DNA of 64,000 bases, taken from NCBI GenBank assembly GCA_951406725.2, contig OX597828.1, positions 1,240,001-1,304,000 on the forward strand, in the 5' to 3' direction. How positions within the stretch are numbered: the stretch's first letter is position 1; every line of letters begins with the position of its first letter. The notes beneath the pieces were generated by a model. It made no database searches. It was given only the letters and a program-made list of their open reading frames with translations, and was not told where the DNA came from. This document shows, one piece after another, positions 1 through 12,820 of the stretch. Both the position numbers and the translations under genes were made by a program. The DNA is from Octopus vulgaris. Lineage: Eukaryota.

Positions 1-560
1 GCATGCGCTATATTTGCATATTTCTGTTTTGAGGCAGGTGCTATGTAATCCTTTCCCTTTTGCGAGTGGATTCCACTCTGTTTCATGTTTGTGTGGCAGG
101 GTCTTTGGTGTGCAAAACAGCAGCTTGCACCTCCTTCTCCATGCTAGTAGACCTTTCAAGTAGAATTTACATATTCGTATGTGCTGTCTCTTTTTAACAT
201 TTTTTGATGTATAGGCAGTCACACTTGCTTCTTTGTTTGGCTTTGTTTTTTGCTCCTTTTGGTCTTCCTTTCTGGGCTCTTTCACCTCCTTGGCTTTTTA
301 CTTTGATGGTGGTAGGGGCACTTGGGTTTTCTTTCCTTGCTGGTCTCTTTGTACCGTCTTCTTTGTTTACCTGAATGTCTACCAAGTGGGGAGAACATCT
401 TTCACATATATCCATGCCTCTGATCTTGTCATCTTTGCTCTGTTCATTATCAAAGGTGGCATCAAGTGTGCTAATGTGAGATCTTATGAGAGCGTAGGAG
501 TGTATAAACTCCTGCATCTTTCGCTCTATCTGTTTTGTGTTCTTTGTATGAATTTTGAAT
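1..560 (-). mobile_element. Decayed LINE ORF1-like fragment
   Basis: Minus-strand ORF 194-664 and its continuation read a Lys-rich stretch then 'ICKFYLKG' with a CCCH-like Cys/His pattern, as in ORF1 of some CR1-type LINEs. Confidence 0.4.
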
Positions 561-564
561 AACC

Positions 565-850
565 CTAGCTGTGTGAATGGTACATTACCATCCTGAAAGA
601 TTACCCTATCATCAGGGAATGATGTTTGTACTAATTGATGGATATAATCAACTAAAATATCCAATTAATCCTTGGCATTAACTTTGCCATGTAGAAAAAC
701 TAAAGGACCAAAAGAATTCTGTGATATGGCTGCCCAAATCATCACAAAGCCACCACCTCCATGCTTGACAGCATGGTTAAAGGCTTCTTTGGGCTGTCTA
801 CATATTGCTCTGGTTATAATTTACAAAGTCTTATCTGCCAATTAATTCAT
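565..850 (-). mobile_element. Tc1-like transposase fragment
   Basis: Minus strand reads VKHGGGGFVMIWAAIS...GPLVFLHGKVNAKD*LDIL...VIFQDGNVP, which are Tc1 catalytic-domain motifs. Confidence 0.75.
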
Positions 851-1560
851 TGATTAAATCATCAAATAAGCCACCTCTCAAAGAATGATGAGTGGCCATT
901 TTTTAAAAGAAAGTTTTGATAAAATAAACCTTAGGAGGAGGGGGGGAATCACAAAAATTCAACATGTTTGTTGTTAACATTGACCCATGCATGAATAAAT
1001 GATAGAGAAAGGGATTACATTTTTGTCCTTTAGATTAGAGACTTGCATAACTCCTTTTAAAACTGATGTAAACAAGAGTAATTCAATTTGTGCAGTTTCA
1101 GACAGTGTAGGACAGATAGACTGGTAGATACAGTGTTGTACAGATTCATGTTCTACAGGGTGCTAATCTATATGTTAATATGGTAAGGCCAAATGCATTA
1201 AGCTGTTACGTGACTAGTTAAAGGGAGTGGTGAAGAACAAGGCAAAAAGGAGAGAGAAGTGTTAACATGTGGTAAGGGAAAAGTAATAGTTATTACATGG
1301 TTAGCAAGTTAGTTGAAGGGAGAGATATAGAGTAAGAGAGTTTGAAATACAATATTTTAGCAGAAGAGTGATGTTCTGCTGGTGAGGTTAAAAAAATGTA
1401 CATAAAGAGAGAGTGGAGGGCAGTTATATTAAGAGTGAGAGATAGTATGCTAGCCAATGCATTATGCTGTTATATGGTTAGTGGGAGAGGTAAAGAGAAA
1501 CAGAGAAATGATAATGATGTGAAGAGGGGAATTACATAGGTAAGAAGTTTGTTGAAGTTA

Positions 1561-2856
1561 TGAGGGTTGGCTGAAAAGTTCATCACAGGCTGAGCAAGAT
1601 ACTCTCATGGAATGACCAAATGAGGTTTATTTTTCGACAATTTCCCTTGTGGTTTATACACTTCTTCCATCAGTGTTGCAGTGCCTGGATCTTATTGATG
1701 AAGAAGCTTTCATCCTGTTGATTGAAAAAGTCATCAACAGCAGATACGATATTATCATTACTGTGATACTGGTTCCTGACCAAGTGTTTTTTCACCCTAA
1801 CCCTAACCCAAATTAGGAGAATAGGTGATCAATCTGTTTAAAGCCACAGTCACACACAGCAACCATTGAAACCAAGGATTTGTGTGTTGGAGCATTGACT
1901 GATGAAACAAGATCCCTTTCATCAGTTTTCCTGGGCATTTGGTCTTGATAGCCTTTTGTAATGCTTCAGCAAGTTGGCATAATTCTCTTCATTGTTGGTG
2001 TGATACTTTTGAAGATGGTTATTAGACAATGCCTTTTGCATCCCAGAAAACAGAGGCCATCACCTTCCCTACAGATGAAACAACCATGGCCTTCCTTGCA
2101 GCAGGTGAGGAGGGGTGTTTCCACTGCATGAATTGTCTTTTCATTTCTGGCTCAAAGTGATGAAGCCCACACTTATCCTGGGTTGGGGATCATTCAAGGA
2201 AACCAGCTGGATATGCCTGAAACAATGTAAGATTTTCCCATGATGTGATCAGGTGTCAGAAGACATGAAACCCACTGAGCAGAAACTTTCATCCTGCCAA
2301 GTTCATTGTGCAGAATATTCCCAACTCTCACGGGATATGCTAACAGCATTACCTATTTGATTTATAGTCAGTTATCTGTCACCATGTGGTGAACGCGATC
2401 AATGTTTTCCCTTGTCCTTTCCCAAGGTTTGGACATACTGAAACTGTTTCAGGATGTCCAAACCTTGGGTAATCTTCAAAACTCTCCCTTATCCTCCTAA
2501 ATTCTACTCCACTTTTGCACTGGTGATAAAGGCAAAATGTAGCTCCTATGTCAGCACAGATATTGTTGGGGGCTAATGCACTGGTGATAAAGGCAAAATG
2601 TAGCTCCTATGTCAGCACAGATATTGTTGGGGGCTAAACTCTTTTTACTTGATAACACCACCATGCCAAATTATGTCCACTTTGAAAAGAAGTCACTACT
2701 ATTTACTTTTGAAGTCTTCTTTGAAGAGTCAGATGTCAGTTTACCTGGAAAAAATGCATTTATTAATAAGAAGATGTGAAATTAATGCATGCAAGATTTC
2801 ACAGCTCTAACTTAACTCTTTCATAGTTAGCCTATGAACATTTCAGCTTACCTTCG
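1561..2856 (-). mobile_element. Decayed mariner element with TIRs
   Basis: Left TGAGGGTTGGCTGAAAAGTTCAT (after TA at 1559) is inverse-complementary to right ATGAACATTTCAGCTTACCTTCG. Internal remnants (VMASVFWDAK, YSPNL) are frameshifted. Contains a perfect 61-bp tandem duplication 2516-2576/2577-2637. Confidence 0.8.
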
Positions 2857-3652
2857 TGGAGGTAGAGAGAAAAAGAGAGTGTTTAGCAGAGGGAAATTTT
2901 AAACACCATATATTATTGTGACTGACAAGAAAAATATTTATTATAATTCTGCTTATTCATTTGTTCACACCTCAGAGACAGTGGGAGGTAGAATGTGTGA
3001 GAGATGGAATGAAAGTCAGAGAGAGGGAGGGCTGTTAGTGAGATAACAGATAGTCAGCCAATGGAATACACTCTTGGGTTAGTGGAAGTGAGAGGGGAAG
3101 AGGAAGAGAGAAATCTTAAGGATATGAAGAAGGGAATTACAAGGTTAAAAAAGAGGTAGAGAGAAAAAGAGAGGAATATGAAGTGTTTAGCAGAGGGGAA
3201 TTTTAAAATCATGATATATTATTGTGACTAGAAATGAAATAACTTAAAATAGCTGTGGATGTTATTTTCTTTTTAATTTTCAATGGAATTGAAACTAATC
3301 ATGTAAATAAAAATGTGTATATTCTCTATATCATTTTGTGTACATAAAATTGTATATAATGTAATTATGATAAAATATGCATAATAAAGAATATGCAATT
3401 ATATATTGATTTTCCAATTTCAGTAGAATTAAATACTAATGAATGATATGTGCATGAAATATTGTATAGATTGTTACTAAATATTTTTGTATCATTTATT
3501 GCACAGGCAACAATACGAATAGTATGCAATAAAAATGCAAGTCATCGTTTCTTAAATAGCTTCTGATGAAATTCATTTATGCACTTTTTTCCTACTAAAT
3601 GCTATATGTATTTTTGTTATATGAACTTTTTTTTTTTTTTTTGCTTGTTTAG

Positions 3653-3805
3653 GATAATCTCCTGAGAGAGGTTGTTGGACAACATGGACTTAATGATTGG
3701 AAATTAATTGCTGGCTACTTACCTGACCGTACGTGTGTACAGTGTCAACATCGCTGGTTGAAAGTGTTGAACCCTGAACTAGTAAAGGGTCCATGGACAA
3801 AAGAG
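3653..3805 (+). CDS. Myb: Myb (3R-Myb) coding exon: most of repeat R1 and start of R2
   Basis: Poly-T tract and AG at 3651-3652, GT at 3806. Translates DNLLREVVGQHGLNDWKLIAGYLPDRTCVQCQHRWLKVLNPELVKGPWTKE (153 nt, phase 0/0), matching c-Myb R1 '...VQCQHRWQKVLNPELIKGPWTKE'. Confidence 0.95.
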
Positions 3806-5475
3806 GTTCTATTTTACTTGAATAATAAAATTGTACATTATTGTGTTTATTTTGTAAAATCTTACATATTTTTTCAGTCACTTGCTTGTTTTATATTTTA
3901 GTAAATGAAACATGTAATTAATTTCAAATGATAGTTGCTTCTTGCATTGGATTTTCTATTTATTTTTAGTAAGTTAATATTTTTGCAAACTGTCTTATTC
4001 ATGGTGAACCAACTTGAATCAAAACAGTGAGTTGTATAGTCATTCTTAATACATTCTGGTAGATTTGAACATAATTTGATACTTGAACTTATGAACTATG
4101 ACTTACAAACCTGTTTTCTTCCACCTTATATTAGATGCATGTTCATGTACCTGTATGTACATATATATGTTTATATCTATACATGTATGTTCATTTTCAT
4201 ATAGGTATGTGTATATATTGTGTATTTCCATTCCTATCCTTTAATTACGGTAGTAGTTGAATAATATTCTTAGGGCCGCAATTTATTTACGTGTGGCATC
4301 TTTCAGGGCCTGTCACTAATTCAGTTCTTAACCAAATAGAAAACTGTTCACATTTTTGTAGAGGACTGGCCTCTGGCTACATTTTGGCATTAAAAAATTG
4401 AGATTTAGTTGTGTAGAAAAAAAAGTTTAAATCAAAATTTGTAGCAATGTTATAGGAGAGTAAGTAATACCTTTAATCAAGTTTAAATATATTTATCTTA
4501 GCTTCAATGATAGAAGAAGGCATGAGGAATTTCATAGTTTTGGTCCCATGCAACAAAAATTTATATCAAAGTAGTTGTGAAAAAACTATAAGTAAGGAAT
4601 GAATTGGATTTAAGTATAATTAACTTTTTTATTTTAAAAGCAAACTATATTTTAATTAAAGTTTAAATGATAAAGGCTCAATATGATGAATTTCATGGTA
4701 TCAATCTCATGCAATGAAGTTTTAAATGAAAAAAAGTTATGTTTGTTTCTCAAATTTGAGGGTGGTAATATAGTTCTATACTTTTTTATGAATATAATTC
4801 TACATGTATGGGAACATCTAATATATGTCACCGACATCATTGAGGTAGGGGAAAAAATTATCAGCGACACTGCTAATTTGCAATTAGTTTAATTATGTCA
4901 TCTGTATTAATTAATGCAATTATATCATGTAAACACAGTCCTGTAATATCTGTGACAAGAAATGATCATTTTTGCATTTTTCCCCTCCTAAATGTTATAT
5001 GCATTTTTGTTATATGAACTTTTTTCTAGCTAATCACTGTTGTGTTTCATCATTGGAGAACGTCTTCTTTCAGATGAATCTATCATAACACAATTCATTA
5101 GTGTAAGAGTACATTCAATATTTCAACATCATTGTGTCTTATTAGCCAAAGACACACTGGATTAATGAATCTCATCAAGATATCAAGGTCTTTGTTTATA
5201 AGTTCAAGCACCAAATTATTTTCTGATAATAATTTGTGAACTGTTCACTGCTTCCATTTTAATGTTTGAGGTCCTGTTAGGGTAGAGGCATCTCATTTCC
5301 AAGAATTATAAATCTTCAGTTGTGTGTGTGTGTGTGTGTGTGTATGGGCACATGTGCATGTTGCTAGGTCTGGAGGAAAGAACATTGCCCATGATCTTCA
5401 TAAGTCCCTCAGAGGTTGGTAAGTTCAATGCTGTCAATGTTCTATTTTTGTAAGGTAGGTTACTCTGAGGAAAGC

Positions 5476-5526
<51 letters not shown>

Positions 5527-6039
5527 CCAGAAAGTCAACATTATAGGATAAGAGAGTGGATGTAATAATTACTGTGGGTCATAGGGTGTTGGATACAGTA
5601 TAGGTGATAAGGAGAAAAGAGACAAACAGGCTGGGAATGCCTAAGTAAAAAGTGCTTAAGACCAAGGAAAAGAGGTCATTAAAGTAGTAACAGAAAAGAA
5701 AGAGAGAGAGAGGAGACAGCATTTCTTTAAGCTAGAGGTTGGAGTGTGTCTGTGTGACTTTAAGTCAATCAGATTATTGGTCTTTCTGTAGATGCAGCTT
5801 CGGATGTCAATGCGTTGCATCAACATTGTCCCAGATGTGGAAACATTACCCAGTAATTTTGGGGACTGAACTACTTTTCTGGATACGAACAAAAGAACCA
5901 GTTTTGAAATGGAATCCTAGCTATGTTAAAGAATTGCAAGGACTCTATGTTTAAGGGAGTGAAATGCTGTGATTTTTTCTGATATGAGTAGTGTTTGCTT
6001 GTGGCATGGTTTTTTTTGTTTACTGTTGAAAGACAAGGT

Positions 6040-6900
6040 TGGCACTATCTCATTACAGGATGTTTTTGAGGATGTTCATGTAGTCAGTGAAGATTATGTG
6101 TGAGATGTCTAAGTTGCCTATGGATGGTGCATGGTTGGGGAAGAGTGCATATGAGCAGGCATTGTTGGCTAGGGCAGCAAGTAAGTTATCAATATACAGG
6201 AGGAAGAGTATGGGTGACAAAACTGAACCCTGGGACACACCTGAGATGATAAAAGAGGGGGACAAAATGTGGTCTATCAGCATAGGTTGTGATAGTGCAG
6301 AATAATGAAAGAAGGATGGAGCCTGTAGGTAAGCAGTTTTGGTATGATGCACATGTCAAATACTTGAAAACTTTTCTGAGATTGAGGCCAATAACACTGG
6401 TTTTGCCAAACTTCTCTGGAGCAAGAGCTTACTGGTGAGTGAAATAGGGATGTAGGTTTCCAGTAGATCTAGTTTTATGGAAGTAATACCAGTGGGCTAC
6501 TGATAGGTAGGTGGGGAGAGATTGGTGAATGTAGGGCCAGCTCTGGGGTGCAGTGTTTGAAAATAATGGAATGGATATTGTCAAGGCTAATGGCTTTGCT
6601 TGTTTAGTGAAACCAAAGGTAATTGTCACATTTAACTTGTATGTATGTAAGGTGGTAAACCTAGTGGAGTGAAAGGGAATTTATGTGTAGATTTATCAAA
6701 TCAGTTCAGCATAGTTGTAGGTAAAGTGGGAGCAAAGGTGGAGGCTTTCTCTATGGGAATACTGCTCACAGAACCTTGTAGCTGAGATGCTGAGGAAAGC
6801 ATGTTTCAACAAAGTTGGAAATCCTTTTTGGTAGGAGATCATAAGGATCAGCAGTGGAAGAGCTTGAGGTTTAAGTAGTATGGGGATGCATTTTTTTTTG
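6040..6900 (-). mobile_element. CR1/L2-like LINE RT fragment
   Basis: ORF 6053-6352 contains SGVSQGSVLSPILFLLYIDNL (RT motif B'). Confidence 0.7.
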
Positions 6901-6961
6901 TAGTTCATATGCTGGTCTTGCAAGATTTGTGACGTTGTCTGATTTGTGAAAGTGGTTGGCT

Positions 6962-8350
6962 TTTTAACCAGAGGTGTAGAAGCAAGGTCTGGAATCGAAG
7001 GGCCTTAGAGTCAATCTAGCAAAAAACCAAAGTCTTAGTAAGTAGGAAGGCAGACAAATCACAAATCCCTTCATGTAGATGGCCCTGCTTGATCTGTAGA
7101 AAAGGTGTAGGGAGAAACTCCACAAGATGTACTTGGTGTAAGCTATGGACACATAAGAGGTGCATCAATATCAAAGGAAGGTTAACTGGGAAGATAGTTT
7201 GTGTGTGGGGAAGATGTATAGAAAACAGATTCCATCACATGCCAGGTGGAAAAACTAGAAGTAGCTGATAGCTTCCGATACCTAGGTGACTAAGTTAGTA
7301 GCAGGGGTGAATGCTGTGAGAGTGTAGCTGCTAGAATAAGAATAGCCCGGGCAAAGTTCAGAGAGCTCCTACCTCTACTGGTGACAAAAGGTCTCTCACT
7401 CAGAGTGAAAGGTAGGCTGTATGATGCATGTGTGTGAACAGCTATGCTACATGGCAGTAAAACATGGGCTGTGACTGCCGAGGATTTGCGTAGGCTTGAA
7501 AGAAATAAAGCTAGTATGCTCTGCTGGATATGTAATGTCTACGCACGTACACGACAGAGTGTAAGCACCTTAAGAGAAAAGTTATACATAAGAAGCATCA
7601 GTTGTGTGTAAGAGAGACAACTGGGCTGGTATGGTCATGTGATGCGTATGGATGAGGACAGCTGTGTGAAGTGTCACACCCTAACAGTGGAGGGAACCTG
7701 TGGAAGAGGTAGACTCAGGAAGACCTGGGATGAGGTGGTGAAGCACAACCTTCGAACATTGGGCCTCACAGAAGCAATGACAAGTGACTGAGACCTTTGG
7801 AGGTATGCTGTGCTTGTGAAGACTTGGCAAGCCTAGTGAGATCATATCCATGGCTGACGCCAATGTAGCATAACTGGTCCGTTTAAAAGTACTCTTCAAT
7901 CATTGGGCAATATGCTGTGCTTGAGAAGACCTGTTGAGTCAAGTGAAATCATTGTCGTGGTTGATGCGTGTTGCCTGACTGGCACCTGTGCCAGTAACAT
8001 GTAAAAAGCACCATTCGAGTGAGGCTGATGCCAGTGCTGGTGGTACATAAAAAGCACCATTCAAGCATGGTCAATGCCAGTGCTGCATGACTGGCTCCTG
8101 TGCCGGTGGCACGTAAAAAGCACCATTCGAGCATGGTTGATGCCAGTCTGCCTAACTGGCCCCCATGCTGCTGGCACATAAAATGCTCCCACTACACTCT
8201 CAGAGTGGTTGGTGTTAGGAAGGGCATCCGGCCATAGAAACCTTGCCAGAGCAGATTGGAGCTTGGTGTAACCTCCTGGCTTGCCAGTCCTCAGTCAAAC
8301 CGTCCAACCCATGCTAGTATGGAAAGTGGACGTTAAATGATGATGATGAT
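6962..8350 (+). mobile_element. RTE-like LINE 3' portion with (GAT)n tail
   Basis: KQGLESKGLRVNLAK..., Cys-rich finger remnant, RIRIARAKFRELLPLL, GRGRLRKTWDEVV. 3' UTR has ~60-bp AAAAAGCACCATTC repeats and ends GGACGTTAAATGATGATGATG. Confidence 0.85.
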
Positions 8351-8894
8351 TGAAGGCCTTGTGTTTTTGCTTGAATCCTTAAAGGACTTGGAGCATTGAA
8401 TTTTTATTGTGTGTAGAATGTGGAGGGACATGCCTAAGAGAATGTGTTCAGTCACACACTTAAATGTTTCTGTTAGGTCAGAAGTGCAGCACATGTACGA
8501 CCAGGCATAGTTAGCATACAAATGGTAGAGTCAAGTCATTTTTCTCAGTTACTTTAATGCTTACCACACTCATTCCATATTAATACCATTCGTGCAGAAA
8601 CCAAAACTTTTTATGATCCTTAATTCATGTTTCATTTCCTACATATATCCCTGACTGGTACAGAGATACTATATTACAAATGATCCTCTCTTGTGGACAA
8701 AATAATGTTGAGTTCTAGAGTTGAGATAATGGGGGGAAACTGGTGGAAAATGTATACAGCTAGCTAGTTCAGAAGGGCAGAGGTAGTTGTAGTGACAGAA
8801 TAAGCAAAGATAAGAGACTGCATTTGTAAGGAATTGTTTTACATCATGCTGGTAAATTAATCAGCCAATCAGTGGAACGGTTTTTTAGATTTAA

Positions 8895-9053
8895 CCCTTT
8901 GGCATTTAAACTGACAATATCCAGTACAAATATTCTATTTGTTTTTATGTTTAAATTGGTTAGATCCTGCCTCTCACAATGTTGTTCTAATATACTATCA
9001 AATCATTAGAATCTTGAAGCTACATTTAACTGAGTGATCTGAATGTTAAAGGG
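8895..9053. mobile_element. piggyBac-type MITE (TTAA TSD)
   Basis: TTAA|CCCTTTGGCATTTAAA ... TGAATGTTAAAGGG|TTAA. A related copy lies in the opposite orientation at 21379-21604. Confidence 0.75.
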
Positions 9054-9758
9054 TTAATCTTGAATGTTTGTGTGGGTTTTACATGAACCTTGTAGAATAT
9101 TAACAACTGATCTGGATTGAAGCATTTGTCGGTCTTTAAAAGAAACATAGTGTAGCTCCTGTCAGAAATTCTGATAACTACCATTTCTAACAACTTTGTG
9201 TGTTCATGGCTTGAGAAGTTGGGTGCACTGGACAGTTTGCTTGATGTATACTGGTTGTGTCACCATAATGTAATATTACAAGCAAACTAAAGAGCATTCA
9301 AAGTATCAAATAGAGTAAATATATTATTGTTGAAGTTGTCTATTTCTGCATTACTTGGAAAACATTCATCAGACGGTACATCTATTGAGGAATATCAACA
9401 ATACTAACAGCTTTTTTGAGAATAGCATGCAGTACATCTGTAGAAACCATTCCAAAACAGATGTTGGAGTACAATGCAGTCTTTGAATTGTTAAACTATC
9501 ATGCCAGCATGGAACATGGATGTTAAATGATGATGATGGTGATTGTGGTGATGATGATGTTTATTATAATGTAACTAGGACAACTTGTTACCACAATGAC
9601 ATTTACTTATTTTTATGTTAGCATTTAAATTATCTGTTGTTTTGATAAAAATATATACATTTATATGTGTGTATGTCATCATCATCATCACACACACACA
9701 AATAAATATAGGTATATGGTACATGCATATGCAAATGTGTGTGTATATAGGACATGTG

Positions 9759-10115
9759 CAGGAGTGGCTGTGTGGTAAGGTTATTTCCCAACCACATGGT
9801 TCCAGGTTTATTCCCACAGCAAGGCATCTCAGGCAAGTGTCTTCTGCTATAGCCTTGTGAGTGAATTTGGTAGACAGGAACTGAAAGAAGCTGGCTGTGT
9901 ATATGTGTGTGTGTGTCTGTGTTTGTCCCTCCACCATCACTTGATGCTGATATTAGTGTGTTTACATCCCCGTAACTTTGTGGTTCGGCATAAGAGACTG
10001 ATAGTATAAATACTAGGCTTATAAAGAATATGTCCTGGGGTTGATTTGTTCGACTAAAAGCAGTGCTCCAGCAAGGCCACAGTCAAATGACTGAAACAAG
10101 TAAAAGAATAAAAGA
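9759..10115 (+). mobile_element. tRNA-derived SINE (abundant family)
   Basis: Head GGAGTGGCTGTGTGGTAAG, internal (TG)n, tail GACTGAAACAAGTAAAAGAATAAAAGA. Related copies at 15753-16090 (+) and 49310-49530 (-, partial). Confidence 0.75.
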
Positions 10116-10815
10116 ATGCTATATATATATTACACATTTATACTCTCCAATTATGTCACACTCTTTTCACTCTAATGCACTTCACCTATTCACCCACCTT
10201 TTCTGTTCTTTTTGTTTTCTTCCTCATATTCACCTTGTAGCTTGAGGGTATGTTCTCATCATCATCCCGCTCTCTTTCCAGCTGGGGAAACATGTATTCA
10301 TCTCTCCAACAACATATCTGTGCCCATCCCTGTATCATATTTTCACCCACTTCACTATTATATCTCATTCAGTTGTGGAGTTTTGTCCTGTGAGTCCTTG
10401 TGACCTGACTGGTGCTAGTGCCACAAAGAAAAGCACCTAATATACACAATATAAGGGATGGTGTTAGGAAGAACATCCAGCTGTAGGAGCCCTGACAAAG
10501 CAAACATCGGAGCTCAGCACAGCTCTTTGGGTCATCACTTTTGGTTGAAACATCCAACCCATGCCAACATCGATAAAGGGAAGTTAAAGGATAATAATGA
10601 TATATATCTTCAGTGTTTAAGGTCCTTTTTCTATGTTAGGCATGGGTTGGATGGTTTGACAGGAGTTGATAAGCTATGCCAATCCTTAGAAACAATACCT
10701 AAGCAGAAACTAGAGCACAATGTAGTCTTCAAGCCCATTGGATTCTCTCAAACCATTCACCCTTTGCCAGTATTGAGGATGAATGTTACAGGAGGAAAAT
10801 GAGGCAGAGGCATAG

Positions 10816-10868
<53 letters not shown>

Positions 10869-10929
10869 TATTTATATAACAGTATATACACTTGGAGCTA
10901 CAGAAATTAAAATGATGATGTACATGATT

Positions 10930-12820
10930 TCATCATTTGATGTCTGTTGTCTATGCTGGTATAGGTTGGACTGTTTGACTAGGGCTGGCAAGCTGGAAGG
11001 CTGCACCAGACTCCAGTCTGATTTGGCATGGTTTCTACAGCTGGATGCTTATATGTGCCACTGGCACCTACCACAACTGTGGTTTTGCGTCTTCTTCTCA
11101 AGCACAATATAATGCCAAACGCCTCAGCCATTGCCTCTGTGAGGGCAAATACTTGAGAGGAGCTCAGCCACTTTGCTTCTGTGAGGCCTAATGCTCAAAA
11201 GTGCTTTTTATGTGGCACTGGCACAGGTGTCAGTAACATATCAGCATCAACCACATCTACGATTTCACTTAGCTTCATAAATTCTCTCAACCAGAGCACA
11301 TTGCCAAAGGTCTTGGTCACCAGTCATTGCCTCTGTGAGACCCAAAGTTTGAAGATTATGCTTCACTACCTTGTCCCATGTCTTCCTAGATCTACCTCTA
11401 CCAGAGGTTCCTTCCACAGTGAGAGATCAACACTTCTTTATGCAGCTGTCCTCTCTATATGTATCACATGACCATACCAATGCAGTTGTCTCTTGCACAC
11501 CACATCTGATGCATCTTATTTCCAACTTTTCTCTCAAGATGCTTACACTCTGATGAATATGCACACTGACATTGCACATCCATCAAAGCAAACTGGCTTG
11601 ATTTCTTTGAAACCTACACATGTCCTTGGCTTTCACAGCCCATGTTTCACTGACATGTAGCATAGCTGTTGGCACACAGGCATCAAACAATCTGCCTTCA
11701 CTCTGAGAGAGAGGCCTTTTGTTGCCAGCAGAGGCAGGAGCTCTCTAAACTTTGCCCAGCCTAATCTTATTCTCACAGCTACATTCTCAGCCCATCCACC
11801 TCCACTACTAACTTGGTCACCTAGATAATGGAAGCTATCTAATACTTCTAGCTTATCCACCTGGCAGTTGATGGAGTCTTTTCTGTGCATTTTCAGTTTT
11901 TATTGTACCTGTGCATCTTCCACAAACAAAAGCAATCTTCCTGGTTAAACTTTTTCTGATATTGCTGCACCTTTTATGTGTCCATAGCTTACACTGGGTG
12001 CATCTTATGGAGTTTCTACCTATGCCTTTTCTTCAGATCAAGCAGGGCCATCTACCTGAAGGGATTTGTGATTTGTCTGCCTTCCTACTTATGAAGACTT
12101 TAGTTTTTGCAAGGTTAACTCTAAGGCCCTTCGATTCTAGACCTTGCTTCCATACCTGGAACTTCTCTAGTTCTGTTAGTGATTTAGCTATAAGAACAAG
12201 TTCATCAGCATAGAGGAGCTCCCAGGGGCAGCCTGTCTTAATTTCCTCTGTTATTGCCTGGAAGACTATGATGAACAAGAAGGGGCTGAGGACTGTTCCT
12301 TGGTGAACTCCTACTTGTATTCTAAATTCTTTGCTGTACTCGTTGCCAACTCTCACCTCACTGGTAGTGTCCCTGTACATGGCTTGTAGAGCTCTCACCA
12401 ACCACTCGTCAGTCCCTAGTTTCTGCATTGACCACCACATTACCCTTGGTTCGGATGGAACTTTGCACCAGCTGCAGATATGGTCTGTGGCCCTCAGCAA
12501 TCTGTCCTGCAGGAATTTCCAGTTGCCCTCTATGTCACAAGTCTGGAGCTTCTCCACCCTCTCGTCAAAATTCGCAATTAGGATATCCCTAAATCTCTGA
12601 ACATATGAAGGGTTAAGCTTCCAAATCCTTCTATTCCAGATTGGTTTGCTTCTTGGCATCCTTCTGGCCTGGAGTCTAAAGTTACTTTCTTCACCAGGGA
12701 GGGTCTTTGCATTTAAGAGCAACCATGCATTCTGCTGTCTGGTGAGAATGAAAACAATCTGGCTGGCACAGTAACCTGACTGGTAGGTTATCATGTGGCT
12801 GGCTGGCTTCTTGAGGTTGA
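10930..12820 (-). mobile_element. RTE-like LINE, internally deleted
   Basis: ORF 12033-12794 has VGVHQGTVLSPFLF and ELLYADELVLI (RT motifs). ORF 11633-11890 has VRIRLGWAKFRELLPLL. Same family as 6962-8350. Confidence 0.9.

Noticed and set aside
194-664. 156-aa minus-strand ORF as a novel gene
   Set aside because: It is a chance fusion of a Tc1 fragment with a LINE ORF1-like fragment.
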